64,000 bases of DNA from Mycobacteriales bacterium (GCA_041743105.1 JBGTNI010000050.1:16529-80528); one strand, 5' to 3'; shown: positions 38,464-50,134, numbered from the stretch's first letter. Notes: generated by a model not told the origin, from the letters alone. Program-made: numbers and translations.

Positions 38464-41400
38464 GTGACTGGCGCGGGCAGAGACGGATTCGTGCACCTAC
38501 ATGTGCACACCGAATACTCCATGCTCGACGGTGCCGCCCGGTTACGAGACCTGTTCACCGAGTGCCAGCGGCAGCAGATGCCGGCAATCGCGATTACCGA
38601 CCACGGCAACATGTACGGCGCCTACGATTTCTACAGCCAGGCGCACAAGGCGGGTATCACTCCGATCATCGGGACCGAGGCCTACCTTGCTCCCGAGTCG
38701 CGCCTTTTCAAGCAGCCGGTGCGCTGGGGTCAGCCCAGCCAGAAAAGCGACGATGTCTCCGGAGCGGGCGCCTATACCCACATGACGTTGCTGGCCCAGA
38801 CCACCACAGGCATGCATAACCTGTTCCGGTTGTCCTCGCGGGCCTCGCTCGACGGCTATTTCCGTAAGCCTAGGATGGATGCCGAGCTGCTGGCCGAGCA
38901 CGCCGAGGGCATCGTTGCCACCACGGGCTGCCCATCCGGCGAGGTGCAAACCCGCCTACGGCTTGGCCGGTACGACAAAGCACTCGAAGCGGCCGGTCGT
39001 TACCGGGACATCTTCGGGTCGGAAAACTTCTTCGTCGAGATCATGGACCACGGTCTCGATATCGAGCGGCGGGTGCGCGACGGGCTCACTGACATAGCAC
39101 GCGTGTTAGACCTACGCTTTGTGGTGACCAACGATTCGCATTACACCTACGCCAGCGAACGCGAATCTCATGACGTGCTGTTGTGCATCCAAACCGGCTC
39201 CCAGCAGGCCGACGCTAACCGGCTCTCCTTCGATGGCTCCGGCTACTACGTGAAGTCGGCTGCCGAGATGCGCGCCATGGACTCCTCCGATATCTGGCGG
39301 CAAGGCTGCGATTCCACTCTGCTGATCGCCGAGCGAGTCGATGTCTCGTTCGCAAAACAGAACCTGATGCCACGTTTCGACGTACCTGAAGGGCATACTG
39401 AGGAAAGCTGGCTGCGTCACGAGGTCGAGCGGGGATTGGCACGGCGCTACCCCGATGGCGTAGACGACGAGCGTGCGCGGCGCGCCCAGTACGAACTTGA
39501 CGTCATCGTGCAGATGGGGTTCCCGTCCTACTTCCTTGTGGTGGCTGACTTCATTTGCTGGGCCAAAGAATCCGGCATTCGAGTCGGCCCGGGTCGCGGT
39601 TCGGCGGCCGGATGTCTGGTGGCGTACGCACTCGGGATCACCGACCTGGATCCGATCACGCACGGGTTACTGTTCGAGCGGTTCCTTAACCCGCAGCGCG
39701 TGTCCATGCCCGACATCGACATCGACTTCGACGAGCGCCGGCGCGGTGATGTGATTCGTTACGTCACGGCCAAGTGGGGCGAGGACAAGGTCGCCCAGAT
39801 CGTCACCTATGGCACCATCAAGGCCAAAGCCGCCGTGAAAGACTCGGCAAGGGTGCTCGGCTACCCCTACGCCATCGGCGACCGCATCACCAAAGCCTTC
39901 CCGCCGCCGGTCATGGGTAAGGACATCTCGCTGTTGGGGATCTTCGACCCCGGTTACGCGCGGTACACCGAAGCCAGTGAAGTTCGAGCGCTGTATGAGT
40001 CCGACAGCGATACCAAGCGGGTCATCGACACCGCCAAGGGTCTCGAGGGACTCATCCGGCAGGTAGGCGTGCATGCCGCGGGCGTCATCATGAGTGCCGA
40101 GCCACTGATCGATCACATCCCGGTCTGGAAGCGCGAAGCCGACGGTGCGATCATCACCCAGTTCGATTACCCGACGTGCGAAGAGCTCGGCCTGCTCAAG
40201 ATGGACTTCTTGGGTCTTCGCAATCTCACTGTCCTCGACGACTGCCTCGGCAACATCGAAGCCAACCGTGGCGAAACGGTGGACCTAGAGACGCTGCAGC
40301 TCGACGATCGCGCCGCCTACGAGCTGCTGGCACGTGGAGACACGCTCGGAGTCTTCCAGCTCGACGGCGGCCCCATGAGATCGCTGCTGCGTGCCATGCG
40401 GCCGGACAACTTCGAGGATATCTCCGCGGTGCTGGCGCTGTACCGGCCTGGACCGATGGGCGCCAACGCCCACAATGAATATGCCGACCGCAAGAACGGC
40501 CGCAAACCGGTAACGCCGATTCACCCCGAGCTTGCCGAACCACTTGCCGAGATCCTGGGCGACACGTATGGCCTGATCGTGTACCAGGAGCAGGTCATGG
40601 CCATCGCCCAACAGTTGGCGGGCTACTCGCTGGGTGCCGCGGACCTGCTCCGTCGCGCGATGGGCAAGAAAAAGAAAGAGATCCTAGAAAAGGAGTACGT
40701 CCCGTTCGCCGACGGGATGCGCATCGGAGGCTACTCCGACCAGGCGATCAGGACGCTCTGGGACATTCTGGTCCCGTTTTCCGACTACGCCTTCAATAAG
40801 GCCCACACCGCTGGGTACGGCCTGGTGTCGTACTGGACGGCGTATCTCAAGGCCAACTTCCCGGCCGAATACATGGCGGCACTGCTGACCAGCGTTCGCG
40901 ACGACAAGGACAAGATCGCGATCTACCTGGCCGAATGCCGGCGCATGGGTATCAAGGTGCTGCCACCGGATGTCAACGAATCCGATGCCGTGTTCACACC
41001 CCGCGGTTCCGACATCCGGTTCGGGCTCACCGCGGTGCGTAACGTGGGTGTCAACGTGGTCAGCTCGATCGTCGCAACCCGCGCCGAGAAGGGGGCCTTC
41101 GGCGACTTCTATGACTATCTGGGCAAGGTCGAGGCGCTGGGATGTAACCGCAAGACGGTGGAGTCCTTGATTAAGGCCGGAGCATTCGATTCGCTCGGCC
41201 ACACTCGCCGGGGCCTAGTTGCGGTGCACGCCGAGGCTATCGAGGCGTTTATGGGCACCAAACGCAACGAGGCGATCGGTCAGTTCGATCTCTTCGGTGC
41301 TGCTGGCGATGACGGCACCGACCTCGCCGCGACCATGGTTCCGGCTATTCCGCCTGGTGAGTGGGACAAGGCGCAGCTGCTGGCGTTCGAGCGAGAGATG

Positions 41401-41994
41401 CTAGGACTCTATGTCTCCGATCACCCCTTGCTCGGTTTGGAGCATGTGCTCTCGGCCGCGGCTGACACCTCGCTTGCCCGATTGGTCGAAGACAGTGTGG
41501 CCGACGGCACTGTAGTGACGGTCGCCGGCATCTTGTCCGCCGTCACCCGCAAGGTCACCAAGCAAGGCAAGGTCTGGGCGGCAACGTCGATTGAAGATCT
41601 CGACGGCATGGCCGAAGCCTTGTTCTTCCCGGCCACCTTTGAGCTGGTGGGATCACATGTCATTGAGGATCAGATCGTGGTGCTCAAGGCGCGCGTGGAC
41701 AAGCGCGAAGACGCGCCGAGACTGGTGGCACTGGACCTGTCGATTCCCGACGTGAGTAACCGCGCGGAGCACCCCTTGGTGCTTTCTGTTCCGCAAGCCC
41801 GCTGCGATCCGCGCTTGGTCGGGGCGCTCAAGGAGGTGCTGGGCACGCATCCCGGTACTACGGAGGTGCATGTACAACTGGTAGCCGAGCGCGGCACGAC
41901 CGTGTTCCGGCTGGGGGAAGGTATCCGGGTCGCGCCGTCGTCGTCGCTGATGGCCGACCTCAAGGCGTTGCTGGGTCCGGCAGGAGTGCGATGA
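38464..41994 (+). CDS. dnaE: DNA polymerase III alpha subunit
   Basis: 1176 aa. PHP domain [16 protein letters not shown], the palm and fingers region, and an OB-fold C-terminus. No intein-like insertion is apparent. Confidence 0.95.
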   Translation: MTGAGRDGFVHLHVHTEYSMLDGAARLRDLFTECQRQQMPAIAITDHGNMYGAYDFYSQAHKAGITPIIGTEAYLAPESRLFKQPVRWGQPSQKSDDVSGAGAYTHMTLLAQTTTGMHNLFRLSSRASLDGYFRKPRMDAELLAEHAEGIVATTGCPSGEVQTRLRLGRYDKALEAAGRYRDIFGSENFFVEIMDHGLDIERRVRDGLTDIARVLDLRFVVTNDSHYTYASERESHDVLLCIQTGSQQADANRLSFDGSGYYVKSAAEMRAMDSSDIWRQGCDSTLLIAERVDVSFAKQNLMPRFDVPEGHTEESWLRHEVERGLARRYPDGVDDERARRAQYELDVIVQMGFPSYFLVVADFICWAKESGIRVGPGRGSAAGCLVAYALGITDLDPITHGLLFERFLNPQRVSMPDIDIDFDERRRGDVIRYVTAKWGEDKVAQIVTYGTIKAKAAVKDSARVLGYPYAIGDRITKAFPPPVMGKDISLLGIFDPGYARYTEASEVRALYESDSDTKRVIDTAKGLEGLIRQVGVHAAGVIMSAEPLIDHIPVWKREADGAIITQFDYPTCEELGLLKMDFLGLRNLTVLDDCLGNIEANRGETVDLETLQLDDRAAYELLARGDTLGVFQLDGGPMRSLLRAMRPDNFEDISAVLALYRPGPMGANAHNEYADRKNGRKPVTPIHPELAEPLAEILGDTYGLIVYQEQVMAIAQQLAGYSLGAADLLRRAMGKKKKEILEKEYVPFADGMRIGGYSDQAIRTLWDILVPFSDYAFNKAHTAGYGLVSYWTAYLKANFPAEYMAALLTSVRDDKDKIAIYLAECRRMGIKVLPPDVNESDAVFTPRGSDIRFGLTAVRNVGVNVVSSIVATRAEKGAFGDFYDYLGKVEALGCNRKTVESLIKAGAFDSLGHTRRGLVAVHAEAIEAFMGTKRNEAIGQFDLFGAAGDDGTDLAATMVPAIPPGEWDKAQLLAFEREMLGLYVSDHPLLGLEHVLSAAADTSLARLVEDSVADGTVVTVAGILSAVTRKVTKQGKVWAATSIEDLDGMAEALFFPATFELVGSHVIEDQIVVLKARVDKREDAPRLVALDLSIPDVSNRAEHPLVLSVPQARCDPRLVGALKEVLGTHPGTTEVHVQLVAERGTTVFRLGEGIRVAPSSSLMADLKALLGPAGVR

Positions 41995-42605
41995 AGCCGT
42001 TGCTCTCCGCCCGTCTGCGGCAGGCCTGGCGGCAGCGGCGCGGTGTAATGGTCGCCGCTGGAGTCTTAGTCGCAGTGCTGACGGTCGTTGGCGCCGGGCT
42101 TGCCGTGCTCTGGTGGTGGTGGGGACCGCAGCTGGATATCATCGCTAGCCCTCGTGGTGCGCTGGTGGCCAATGAGCAGCCGGAAGAATACATTTCTTCC
42201 GACGGCCGATTCGGGTTGATCGTCGGAGTGACCGGTGTCGTTGCCGGCCTCGCGGCGTGGCTCGCGCGACGGTTTCGTGGTCCAGAGCTGCTGCTAGCAC
42301 TGGCGCTAGGAGCCTTCGCCGGCTCTTTGGTGATGTGGCAGCTGGGCGAGGAGATCGGCACTGTCCACGGTCAAGACATCGTCGACGCTATGGTCATGGG
42401 TGAAAGCGGTCAGGTTCCCATCGTCGAGCTACACGCCACAGGATTGTTGTTCCTACAACCGTTACTTGCGGTGCTGACGTACGTGGTGTGTGTCTCATGG
42501 TCGTCGACGCCTGACCTACGATCGACTCCGGCAGTCTTGCCGCCGGTGGGACCAGGTCGCGAATCCGTTACTGCTACAGATAACACCCCGGCACAGGTAA
42601 AATAA
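41991..42605 (+). CDS. hypothetical membrane protein
   Basis: 204 aa with an ATGA overlap with dnaE and about four hydrophobic helices. Confidence 0.55.
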   Translation: MKPLLSARLRQAWRQRRGVMVAAGVLVAVLTVVGAGLAVLWWWWGPQLDIIASPRGALVANEQPEEYISSDGRFGLIVGVTGVVAGLAAWLARRFRGPELLLALALGAFAGSLVMWQLGEEIGTVHGQDIVDAMVMGESGQVPIVELHATGLLFLQPLLAVLTYVVCVSWSSTPDLRSTPAVLPPVGPGRESVTATDNTPAQVK

Positions 42606-42626
42606 GAAGTTTAGGCTAGGAGTGCT

Positions 42627-43265
42627 GTGAGCCTTATCCACCCGCGAGTAGCGGTATTGGACTACGGTTCTGGGAACCTTCGCTCGGCACAGCGAGCCTT
42701 ACAGCGCGTGGGCGCTGAGGTGACGATAACGAGCGACTTGGCTGCTTGTTCCGCCGCGGACGGGCTCGTGGTCCCGGGGGTAGGCGCGTTCGCCACCTGC
42801 GCTAGTGCGCTGCATACGACCGGCGCCGGGTCAATGATTGCTTCTCGGGTCGCCGCCGATGCCCCGGTATTTGGCATCTGTGTGGGGATGCAGGTGTTGT
42901 TCGACTCGGGTCATGAGCACGGAATCAGTGCGAAAGGCTTAGGTATCCTTCCCGGCGCGGTACGTCGGCTGCGCGCGGAGCGCTTGCCGCACATGGGATG
43001 GAATACCGTGCGGCCGGACGAGCCAAGCACGTTGTTCGCGGGGCTGGACGCGCAGACGCGCTGCTACTTTGTCCACTCTTATGCAGCATGCGACGATGAT
43101 GGTGCGCTGCGGGGTACCGCCGATTCAGTGACGTACACCGAACACGGTGAGCCGTTCGTGGCGGCGGTAGAGCGTGGCGCGGTTGCTGCGACGCAGTTCC
43201 ATCCGGAAAAGTCCGGGGAGACGGGCATGGCAGTGTTGCGGAACTGGGTCTCTAGCCTGGGGTAG
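42627..43265 (+). CDS. hisH: imidazole glycerol phosphate synthase, glutamine amidotransferase subunit
   Basis: 212 aa. VLDYGSGNLRS, GICVGMQ (catalytic Cys) and QFHPEKS. Confidence 0.9.
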   Translation: MSLIHPRVAVLDYGSGNLRSAQRALQRVGAEVTITSDLAACSAADGLVVPGVGAFATCASALHTTGAGSMIASRVAADAPVFGICVGMQVLFDSGHEHGISAKGLGILPGAVRRLRAERLPHMGWNTVRPDEPSTLFAGLDAQTRCYFVHSYAACDDDGALRGTADSVTYTEHGEPFVAAVERGAVAATQFHPEKSGETGMAVLRNWVSSLG

Positions 43266-43343
43266 CGCCCGGTTTGACACCTCTGAACCCTCAAATACGA
43301 GCTAAACTCAGGCCCCCTAACCAGTAGAATGTCGAGTTGAGCT

Positions 43344-44360
43344 TTGGCACCAGACACTGCCGACGGATCGACGGCCGCTCCCGGCAACCCGTGGAAGCGG
43401 ATCAGTGTTCCCGGGATCATGGTAAGTAGCATTCCAGCGTTCATTGCCATGGCGATTCTCCTCGCCTTCAGCAAGATTCCTGGCTTAGATACCTTGTCGG
43501 ACGTCTTCGAGGTTCTTATCGCCGGTTTACCGATCGTTATCGCGGCTATAGCTGCCCGCAAGGTATCTGGCGTGGATGAAGTCGGCGTGGTTGCCGGTGT
43601 AACCGCTGGTATTTTAGCCGTCGACGGCGGCATTCTTGGGGGTTTGATAGCCGGCATTCTGGCCGGGGTGCTGGCTAGCTATTTGCTGGCCTGGACTTTT
43701 GCCTGGCGTTTCCCAACCACTACAGCAAATATCGTGGCCGGCGGTGTCTCTGGTCTTATTCCCGGTCTTCTGGTCTACTACGTTCTCGCTCCGTTCACCA
43801 AAACCATCGGTGATGCCGTCAAGGTGGGCGTTGCTGAGCTACTTCAGTTCAATCCTCTCCTAGCCGGTGCCATGGCCGGAATCCTAATGTGGCCGGTTTT
43901 GATGGGAGGGGTTTATCACTCCGTCCTCCTCCCTATCATCCTGTTGGAGATGAGCGAGAAAGGCCATAGTTTTTTCGGGGCCATTGACATGGTTGCCCTG
44001 GTCATGGTCAGTCTAGGAATTACTTTGGCCAACGTTGTCGTTCCGCGAGCCAACAACGATCGCGTTCTTGCCGCCTCAGGTGCTGCGGTTAATTTCGGCT
44101 TCGGCACCTTCGTCGAAGCTTCCTACCCTTTTATGCTGGCCGATAAAAAAGTTTTCGCCGGTGCGTTAGTCGGTGGCGGGGTCGGCGGGCTGACTGTCGG
44201 AGCCACACACGCTGAGGCGACCGCGTATGTCCCGAGCGTTGTCGCACCGTTCCTCGCCACGAGCGCGTTCGGCATGTTCTTCGCCATGTTCGCTGCTTGT
44301 AGCGTCACTTTTGTGATCACACTGCTTACCAATATGTGGGCGTCGAGAGCCGCAGCGTGA
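43344..44360 (+). CDS. polytopic membrane permease, PTS EIIC-like (Fru/Mtl-type), with no EIIA or EIIB nearby
   Basis: 338 aa with about 9-10 TM segments. Gly-rich helices (GGILGGLIAGILAGVLASY) and a GGVYHSVLLPIILLEM segment resemble fructose/mannitol-family EIIC. Both the assignment and the TTG start are tentative. Confidence 0.45.
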   Translation: MAPDTADGSTAAPGNPWKRISVPGIMVSSIPAFIAMAILLAFSKIPGLDTLSDVFEVLIAGLPIVIAAIAARKVSGVDEVGVVAGVTAGILAVDGGILGGLIAGILAGVLASYLLAWTFAWRFPTTTANIVAGGVSGLIPGLLVYYVLAPFTKTIGDAVKVGVAELLQFNPLLAGAMAGILMWPVLMGGVYHSVLLPIILLEMSEKGHSFFGAIDMVALVMVSLGITLANVVVPRANNDRVLAASGAAVNFGFGTFVEASYPFMLADKKVFAGALVGGGVGGLTVGATHAEATAYVPSVVAPFLATSAFGMFFAMFAACSVTFVITLLTNMWASRAAA

Positions 44361-44405
44361 GTCACATCGTGGCACGCTTAACCTACTGTGGAGAAGTTAT
44401 GAGAA

Positions 44406-45002
44406 CTACAGCTTCCCTTTGGTGCTGGGCACGCCAATCACCCGGGAATCTGGTTCGACTGCGTCCCGCAGCGCCCGAGCCACTGCCTTGAACTGCGCCT
44501 CGGCGATGTGATGGGCGTCGCGACCGGAGCGCACCAACACATGTAACGCGATCTGAGCGTTGTTTGCAAAAGACTCCCAGACGTGGCGAACCAGTGTGCC
44601 CGCGAATTGCGGTCCGATCGTCGCAGTCTCCATCACGGCCGGCTCCTCGTGGACCAGATAGGTCCGGCCGGCCAGGTCCACTGACACCTGTACCAGCGCC
44701 TCGTCCAAGGGGACTAAGGAATCCCCAAAACGTCGGATGCCGGCCTTGTCTCCGAGAGCTTGCCGAAAGGTCTGACCGAGCGCGATCGCGCAGTCCTCGA
44801 CCGTGTGATGGGCATCGATATGCAAGTCGCCTTGGGCGTGAACAGTCAGATCGAAACAGCCATGTTTCCCGAGCTGCGCCAGCATGTGATCGTAGAAACC
44901 CACCCCAGTCTGGATATCGGTACGCCCCGCACCATCGAGGTCGATCTCCACCAGCACTTTGGTCTCGCCGGTCACCCGCTCCACTCTGCCGATGCGTCCC
45001 AT
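44406..45002 (-). CDS. hisB: imidazoleglycerol-phosphate dehydratase
   Basis: ATG at 45002. RIGRVERVTGETKV..DLDG, HHTVED and DAHHIAEAQFKA. The ORF extension to 45059 would overlap hisD. Confidence 0.9.
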   Translation of the reverse strand: MGRIGRVERVTGETKVLVEIDLDGAGRTDIQTGVGFYDHMLAQLGKHGCFDLTVHAQGDLHIDAHHTVEDCAIALGQTFRQALGDKAGIRRFGDSLVPLDEALVQVSVDLAGRTYLVHEEPAVMETATIGPQFAGTLVRHVWESFANNAQIALHVLVRSGRDAHHIAEAQFKAVARALRDAVEPDSRVIGVPSTKGKL

Positions 45003-45024
45003 CACCACTCCATACGTCGTCTCA

Positions 45025-46323
45025 CTAATCGGCAATCCGCACCCGTACCGCTGCGCCATGCGCTGGCAGATCCTCGGCCTCAGCCAATGTTATGACATGC
45101 CCGGCAACTCCGCTCAGTGCCGTCGCGTCGTACTCCACGACATGCGTGCCCCGCAGGAAGGTCTGTACCGAGAGTCCTGTGGAATACCGGGCGGACCCAC
45201 CAGTCGGAAGGATGTGGTTTGAGCCGGCGCAGTAGTCGCCGAGTGAGACAGGGGAGTAGTGCCCGATAAAGATCGCGCCGGCATTGCGTACCCGTGCGGC
45301 GACCTCTGGTGCGTCGCGAGTCTGTACCTCCAGATGCTCTGCGGCGTATTCATCCACTACCGCCAAGCCCTGCTCAATGTCGGTCACAAGCACTATCGCA
45401 GACTGCGGCCCGCTTAGCGCTTCCTGGACACGCTCGGTGTGCTTGGTTTTGGCGATCTGCCGCTCGAGCTCTGCCTCAACCGCCGCGATAAGCTCCGCAT
45501 CGGGCGTCACTAGAACGGACGCCGCGGCGGGGTCATGCTCTGCTTGGCTGATCAGGTCGGCGGCTAGGTAGACCGAGTTGGCGGTAGCGTCGGCAAGGAT
45601 CGCGATTTCGGTAGGTCCGGCCTCCGCGTCGATTCCTACCACGCCGCGTAGTAGCCGTTTCGCGGCGGTGACCCAGATGTTCCCCGGGCCGGTCACGAGG
45701 TCTACTGGGAGACACTCTTCCTCGCCGTCAGCGACCCCGTAAGCGAGCATCGCTATCGACTGCGCGCCACCGACGGAGTACACCTCCTCGACGCCGAGGA
45801 GCTCGCACGCCGCCAGCACCAGCGAATGCGGCAAACCCGTCTCGCGTTGCGGTGGAGAGACCACGGCGATCGATTCGACACCCGCGATTTGCGCTGGTAC
45901 CACGCTCATCACCACGCTGGACGGGTACACAGCCAATCCGCCTGGAACATAGAGACCCACCCGTCGTACTGGACGCCAGCGTTCGGTTACTCGACCACCA
46001 GCAACTACCTGGGTCGTGACATCCTCGCGACGCTGGTCGGCGTGGACCAGTCGTACACGTCGGATCGTTTCGGTCAGTGCCTCCCGGATTACCGGATCCA
46101 ACTGTTCCGCGGCCGCCCTGAGGGCCTCGCCTGGAACCCGCAATCGGGAAAGGGTCACATTGTCGAAGCGCTCCGTCGCGGCCCGCACCGCGGCAGCGCC
46201 GTCCTTGCGCACCGCCTCGATGATCGGCTGGACTTGCTCGGTTGCGTCCGAGACCTCCATCGCGGCACGTGGGAGGATGCTCCGAGGCGAGCGGGAGGAT
46301 TTTCGCAGATCGATACAACGCAT
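45025..46323 (-). CDS. hisD: histidinol dehydrogenase
   Basis: 432 aa. Motifs GLYVPGG, QAEHDP and [12 protein letters not shown]. Confidence 0.9.
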   Translation of the reverse strand: MRCIDLRKSSRSPRSILPRAAMEVSDATEQVQPIIEAVRKDGAAAVRAATERFDNVTLSRLRVPGEALRAAAEQLDPVIREALTETIRRVRLVHADQRREDVTTQVVAGGRVTERWRPVRRVGLYVPGGLAVYPSSVVMSVVPAQIAGVESIAVVSPPQRETGLPHSLVLAACELLGVEEVYSVGGAQSIAMLAYGVADGEEECLPVDLVTGPGNIWVTAAKRLLRGVVGIDAEAGPTEIAILADATANSVYLAADLISQAEHDPAAASVLVTPDAELIAAVEAELERQIAKTKHTERVQEALSGPQSAIVLVTDIEQGLAVVDEYAAEHLEVQTRDAPEVAARVRNAGAIFIGHYSPVSLGDYCAGSNHILPTGGSARYSTGLSVQTFLRGTHVVEYDATALSGVAGHVITLAEAEDLPAHGAAVRVRIAD

Positions 46324-46502
46324 GGCGCTAGCCTAATGGACTGGTGGACCGGTCGCGCTGGCTCAGCCAGTGTTTAGAGGTCGCGTGTGAGATAGCCCGC
46401 ATTGTGTGCGGCACGGTAGCTCCCAGCCGCATTATCTCCCGTAATATCGATCGAATCTGGCATCGCCAACTTCTCGAACTTCTCCAGCCGTAGATAGGAC
46501 CC

Positions 46503-47588
46503 ATGACGTCAGTCCCGCCGCCGTTTGAGCGCGTTCAGAGGTTCATCGAGCTCGCCGAAGAGTTTGTCAGAGAGCAGGCCTTGGGCGTACTCAGCAAGGG
46601 ATATGCCGGTCTGGTCGCCTCGGTCCACGCTAATAAGCAGCTCCGCGAAATAGCACTACACGAAGGCATAGATGCTGTGCTCAAAAGCACAGACTCAGCA
46701 ATTGTCGAGCTGCGCAATAAGGCCAGAAGTGAGTTCGCTACTCCCGCCGAGCGGGGTGCTGAACAGGCAATGGGGGATCGGGTCTTGCAGACATTCCCCG
46801 ATGACGCTGTACTCGGGGAAGAGCTGGGTGCGCGGGGAAAGACGTCTCAGGACGGAGGCTCCGGCATCCGCTGGGTCTTCGACCCGGTAGATGGCACAAC
46901 CTCGATGTTGCGCACGGCTGTGGCGCAGGCGTACAGCATTGAGCTTCCCGATCCAGAGCCAGCTTTCGGGGTCACGATTGGGGTAGTCAGCGACGACAAA
47001 GCCGTTGCCGGAGTGGTGGCAGAACTCCGGCCCCGCCAGGATGATGGCCTGAAGGTTGATCGGCTGTGGGCAGGCGGTTCCGGTGTGCCGACCACCTGTA
47101 ACGGCACGTCGGTGATCGCGCGTCCGGCGGTCCCACTCGCCGAAGCCACCCTTACCTGTACCGCCCCTTGGGTGATGTTCGGCAAATCAGAGGAGCAGTG
47201 GGGGACCTTCCAGGCTTTGGAGGAGGCTGCTGCTCGCGTCATCACCGGGCAGAACTGTATCGGTTTCATGGAGCTGCTTGGCCGGGATGGTCGGTTTAAC
47301 ATCGCGTTTGAGCAAGATTTGACGCTACCCGATATCGCTGCTATCGGTCCGATTCTGCTCAACGCTGGGGTGGCAGTGACTGATATCCAGGGCAATCCGT
47401 TGCTGTTCGGTCCCGAACAGCAACGTCGCGGACACGAGTTCAGCGTGCTCGCCGCGCACCCAACGCTCTATAGGCAGGCGGCAGCACAGATACGATCCGG
47501 CCCGAATGGTCGATCCACCCGCGAAGCTTGGGGAAAGAAGGAGACTGGGGTAGATGTCAGGAAGTTCGATAAAGGCCCTGAGGTCTAA
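46503..47588 (+). CDS. inositol monophosphatase-family phosphatase; candidate histidinol-phosphatase
   Basis: 361 aa. IMPase motifs LGEELG and WVFDPVDGTTS, plus a degenerate C-terminal PDIAAIGPILLNAGV. Located between hisD and hisC. Longer than the roughly 260 aa I recall as typical for HisN. Confidence 0.65.
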   Translation: MTSVPPPFERVQRFIELAEEFVREQALGVLSKGYAGLVASVHANKQLREIALHEGIDAVLKSTDSAIVELRNKARSEFATPAERGAEQAMGDRVLQTFPDDAVLGEELGARGKTSQDGGSGIRWVFDPVDGTTSMLRTAVAQAYSIELPDPEPAFGVTIGVVSDDKAVAGVVAELRPRQDDGLKVDRLWAGGSGVPTTCNGTSVIARPAVPLAEATLTCTAPWVMFGKSEEQWGTFQALEEAAARVITGQNCIGFMELLGRDGRFNIAFEQDLTLPDIAAIGPILLNAGVAVTDIQGNPLLFGPEQQRRGHEFSVLAAHPTLYRQAAAQIRSGPNGRSTREAWGKKETGVDVRKFDKGPEV

Positions 47589-47618
47589 TCCGCCCCGTCA
47601 CAGATGAGGAGGTAACGC

Positions 47619-48725
47619 GTGGACATCCATGACGTCATCACCAGGCTGGCTCGTCCGCAGGTTCTGGCCCTGACGCCCTATAGCTCAGCCCGAAAGGAAG
47701 GCGAGCAGAACGAGGCGTGGGCGCATCACGACGCCAACGAGATGCTGTACCCGCCCTACCCGGACACCTCGGCGCAGGAGGGGCTCAATCGCTATCCCGA
47801 ACCGCAGCCGTCCCACCTGCTCGACATCTTCGCTCAGTACTTTGACGTGCCCCGAGAACAGCTGTTGCTTTCTCGCGGCGCGGACGAGGCGATCGACCTT
47901 CTCACGCGAGTCTTCTGCCGGGAAGGTGTCGACGCGGTGCTTATTCAACCGCCAACCTTTGCCATGTATGAGCACTCTGCGCATGTACAAGGCGCCGCCA
48001 TTCACGAAGTCCCGCTCCGTCCCGACAGTTTCCAGCTGGATGTACCCCGGATTCTTGACGCTTGTCGGAAGGACTCCAATATCAAGCTCGTTTTCATTTG
48101 CTCCCCGAACAACCCCACCGGGAACCTGATGCGACGAGAAGACGTGCTGGCGCTGAGCCGGCATCTGGCCGGTCAGGCAATGATTGTGGTCGACGAGACA
48201 TACGTGGCTTATTCCGGCCAACCGTCGCTTAGCGCCGAAATCGAGAAACATCCAAACGTGGTCGTGCTCCGTACAGTCTCGAAGGAGAACTCGCTTGCCG
48301 GAGAGCGATGCGGGGTCATGATCGCGCATCCAGAAATCATCAGTCTCACCGGCCGCATCCACGCGCCTTATCCACTAACCGCCTCCGCTATCCGCGCTGT
48401 TACAGAGGCCATGTCCGTCGAAGGTGTCGACTATGCCGGGCGGCTCCGCGAGCAGATCTTGCGCGATCGGGACGCGCTCGAACAGGCTTTAGCTACCTCA
48501 CCGGCTGTGCAGCGTATTTACCCTAGCGATGCCAACTTCCTGCTGCTGCAGACAGCTAACCCCAAGCTTCTAGTGCGGGTCATGGAGGAGAACCATATTA
48601 AAATCCGAGATCGCAGCGCGGTGGTGCCAGGGTGCGTGCGAATCTCTGTGGGCCGGCCAGAGCAGAACGAGCGACTGTTAGCTGTCTTTGCCGAATACGC
48701 CCGGCAGGCTACGCCAGCGCAATAA
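47619..48725 (+). CDS. hisC: histidinol-phosphate aminotransferase
   Basis: 368 aa. NPTGN, DETY and SKE.SLAGER (PLP lysine region), plus IRISVG. Confidence 0.85.
   Translation: MDIHDVITRLARPQVLALTPYSSARKEGEQNEAWAHHDANEMLYPPYPDTSAQEGLNRYPEPQPSHLLDIFAQYFDVPREQLLLSRGADEAIDLLTRVFCREGVDAVLIQPPTFAMYEHSAHVQGAAIHEVPLRPDSFQLDVPRILDACRKDSNIKLVFICSPNNPTGNLMRREDVLALSRHLAGQAMIVVDETYVAYSGQPSLSAEIEKHPNVVVLRTVSKENSLAGERCGVMIAHPEIISLTGRIHAPYPLTASAIRAVTEAMSVEGVDYAGRLREQILRDRDALEQALATSPAVQRIYPSDANFLLLQTANPKLLVRVMEENHIKIRDRSAVVPGCVRISVGRPEQNERLLAVFAEYARQATPAQ
48623..48720. repeat. 98-bp direct repeat copy 1 (authentic 3' end of hisC)
   Basis: 94 of 98 nt identical to 52753-52850 in the same orientation, by my hand alignment. 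Confidence 0.85.
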
Positions 48726-48798
48726 CCGTTCCTACCAGCCCATGTGGTGATGTGTTGAATTCTGTACGTTCATGTGAATTCAGGGTAGGATTCCGTGC

Positions 48799-49104
48799 AT
48801 GTTGACGGTAAATTTGACGGACGCCCGAGCTCGACTTTCAGACCTGGCCGATGAGGTGACCGGTACCCATGAGCATGTGACAATCACCCGTAACGGGGTG
48901 CCGGCGATGGTGCTGTTATCGGCCGACGAGTATGAAGGTCTCGTGGAGACTTTGGAGATTATGCGTGATCCGCAGGCTGTGGCGGATCTTCATCAAGCTC
49001 AAGCCGAGTATGAACGTGGCGAGGCGTATACGCTTGATGATCTTAATCGAATGATGGCGCAACGTCGTGCTCGCGAAGACTACGACCGGAAACACGCCGC
49101 GTGA
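48799..49104 (+). CDS. Phd/YefM family antitoxin
   Basis: 101 aa. VNLTDARARLSDLADEV..HVTITRNGVPAMVLLSADEYEGLVETLEI. Confidence 0.8.
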   Translation: MLTVNLTDARARLSDLADEVTGTHEHVTITRNGVPAMVLLSADEYEGLVETLEIMRDPQAVADLHQAQAEYERGEAYTLDDLNRMMAQRRAREDYDRKHAA

Positions 49105-49400
49105 ACCCACAGCACCAGCCGTTGTGGGAGGTGTGCATTCTGCCTACGGCGCTTCGTAAGCTTCAAATCGGTCCCCCAACTGGTCTGCCCTCGGCGGCGG
49201 CATTCGCTGCCTTGGAGCTCATTAATGGACCACTGAGCCGGAATCCTCACCAGGTTGGGAAGTCACTGCATGGGGGGCTCGCCGGCAAACGCGCCGCTAG
49301 GCGCGGTGATTACCATGTCATCTACCTCATTGACAACGACAAACACCTTGTCACCGTCTTTGACGTTGGGCACCGCGGTCACGTCTACCGCCGGAACTAG
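49101..49400 (+). CDS. RelE/ParE family toxin
   Basis: 99 aa. 4-nt overlap with the antitoxin. ..RRGDYHVIYLIDNDKHLVTVFDVGHRGHVYR. Confidence 0.75.
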   Translation: MNPQHQPLWEVCILPTALRKLQIGPPTGLPSAAAFAALELINGPLSRNPHQVGKSLHGGLAGKRAARRGDYHVIYLIDNDKHLVTVFDVGHRGHVYRRN

Positions 49401-49500
49401 ATTTCTACACCAGCAACGGGTTGGCATGGCCCATTTGGTTGATCCATCGCTTCGATAATCATGTCGTCAACATCGCCAAACGACAGCCGGATGTAGTCTT
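49398..49500 (-). pseudogene. C-terminal end of a class I/II aminotransferase gene, split by the transposon
   Basis: Reads (E)DYIRLSFGDVDDMIIEAMDQ..* on the minus strand. The continuation ..LLYEAKVITIPGNGFG.. lies at 52623-52745, on the other side of the element and in a different frame. Confidence 0.45.
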
Positions 49501-49544
49501 GGGATCCCCGTAGTACTCGCCGAAAATCGGGCGGATATGGCTGA
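49501..49544. repeat. terminal inverted repeat, left
   Basis: 42 of 44 nt match the reverse complement of 52579-52622. Confidence 0.85.
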
Positions 49545-49608
49545 CCGGGAGTTTCGCTAGCCAGGTTGCGGCTGAGCGTCGGTCTCGGCGGCCGCCACCT
49601 CGCCGTGC

Positions 49609-49744
49609 ACGACCGCTCGGCGACCTTGAGCTTGCCGCTGACCTTCTCCTCGAACACCTTAACGCAGATCGGGTCGAGGTCGTCGTGCTTGCGTTGGGTC
49701 TCCTGCTTGCTCGAGCTGACCCGCACGAGCCCGACGAGCGCCAT
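49609..49744 (-). pseudogene. tnpR: serine recombinase / resolvase N-terminal fragment
   Basis: MALVGLVRVSSSKQETQRKHDDLDPICVKVFEEKVSGKLKVAER matches the resolvase catalytic N-terminus (the VRVS-S-Q pattern), but similarity ends after about 45 aa. Confidence 0.6.
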
Positions 49745-50134
49745 CCCGGCCTCCCAATCGTCCGGAAAACGTGTTCGAAAACCGGTTGCAGCTCTACCTG
49801 CAAACGAACGGATTTCCGAACGCGGCGCTTTGGCGAAACGCCAGGTCGCGTCGCGCCGATGCTCGTTCGTGTTCGTGTTCGGCGAACGATCGTTTGTTGA
49901 ACAGAAGAGCTGTCGGTGCCGACGGTCACGATCCTGCGTCACCGGCCGCGCCGGGCGCCCTGTCTTCGGCGACTACCGACAAATCCTGTTCTGATTCTCC
50001 CGGCATCCCTAATTCAGCGAAACCGCCGCCAACGTCTCGGGGAACGGATGTCCTACCGGGCGTTCCGGGCCGAGCTTCTGCTCGCCGCGGGCGTCACGCA
50101 CTTGACGTTGACACTGTGACAAGGTCTTCACTGG

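Noticed and set aside
38148-38819. 223-aa ORF overlapping the PIN toxin 3' end and the dnaE 5' end
   Set aside because: It overlaps two well-supported genes in another frame and has no recognisable motifs.
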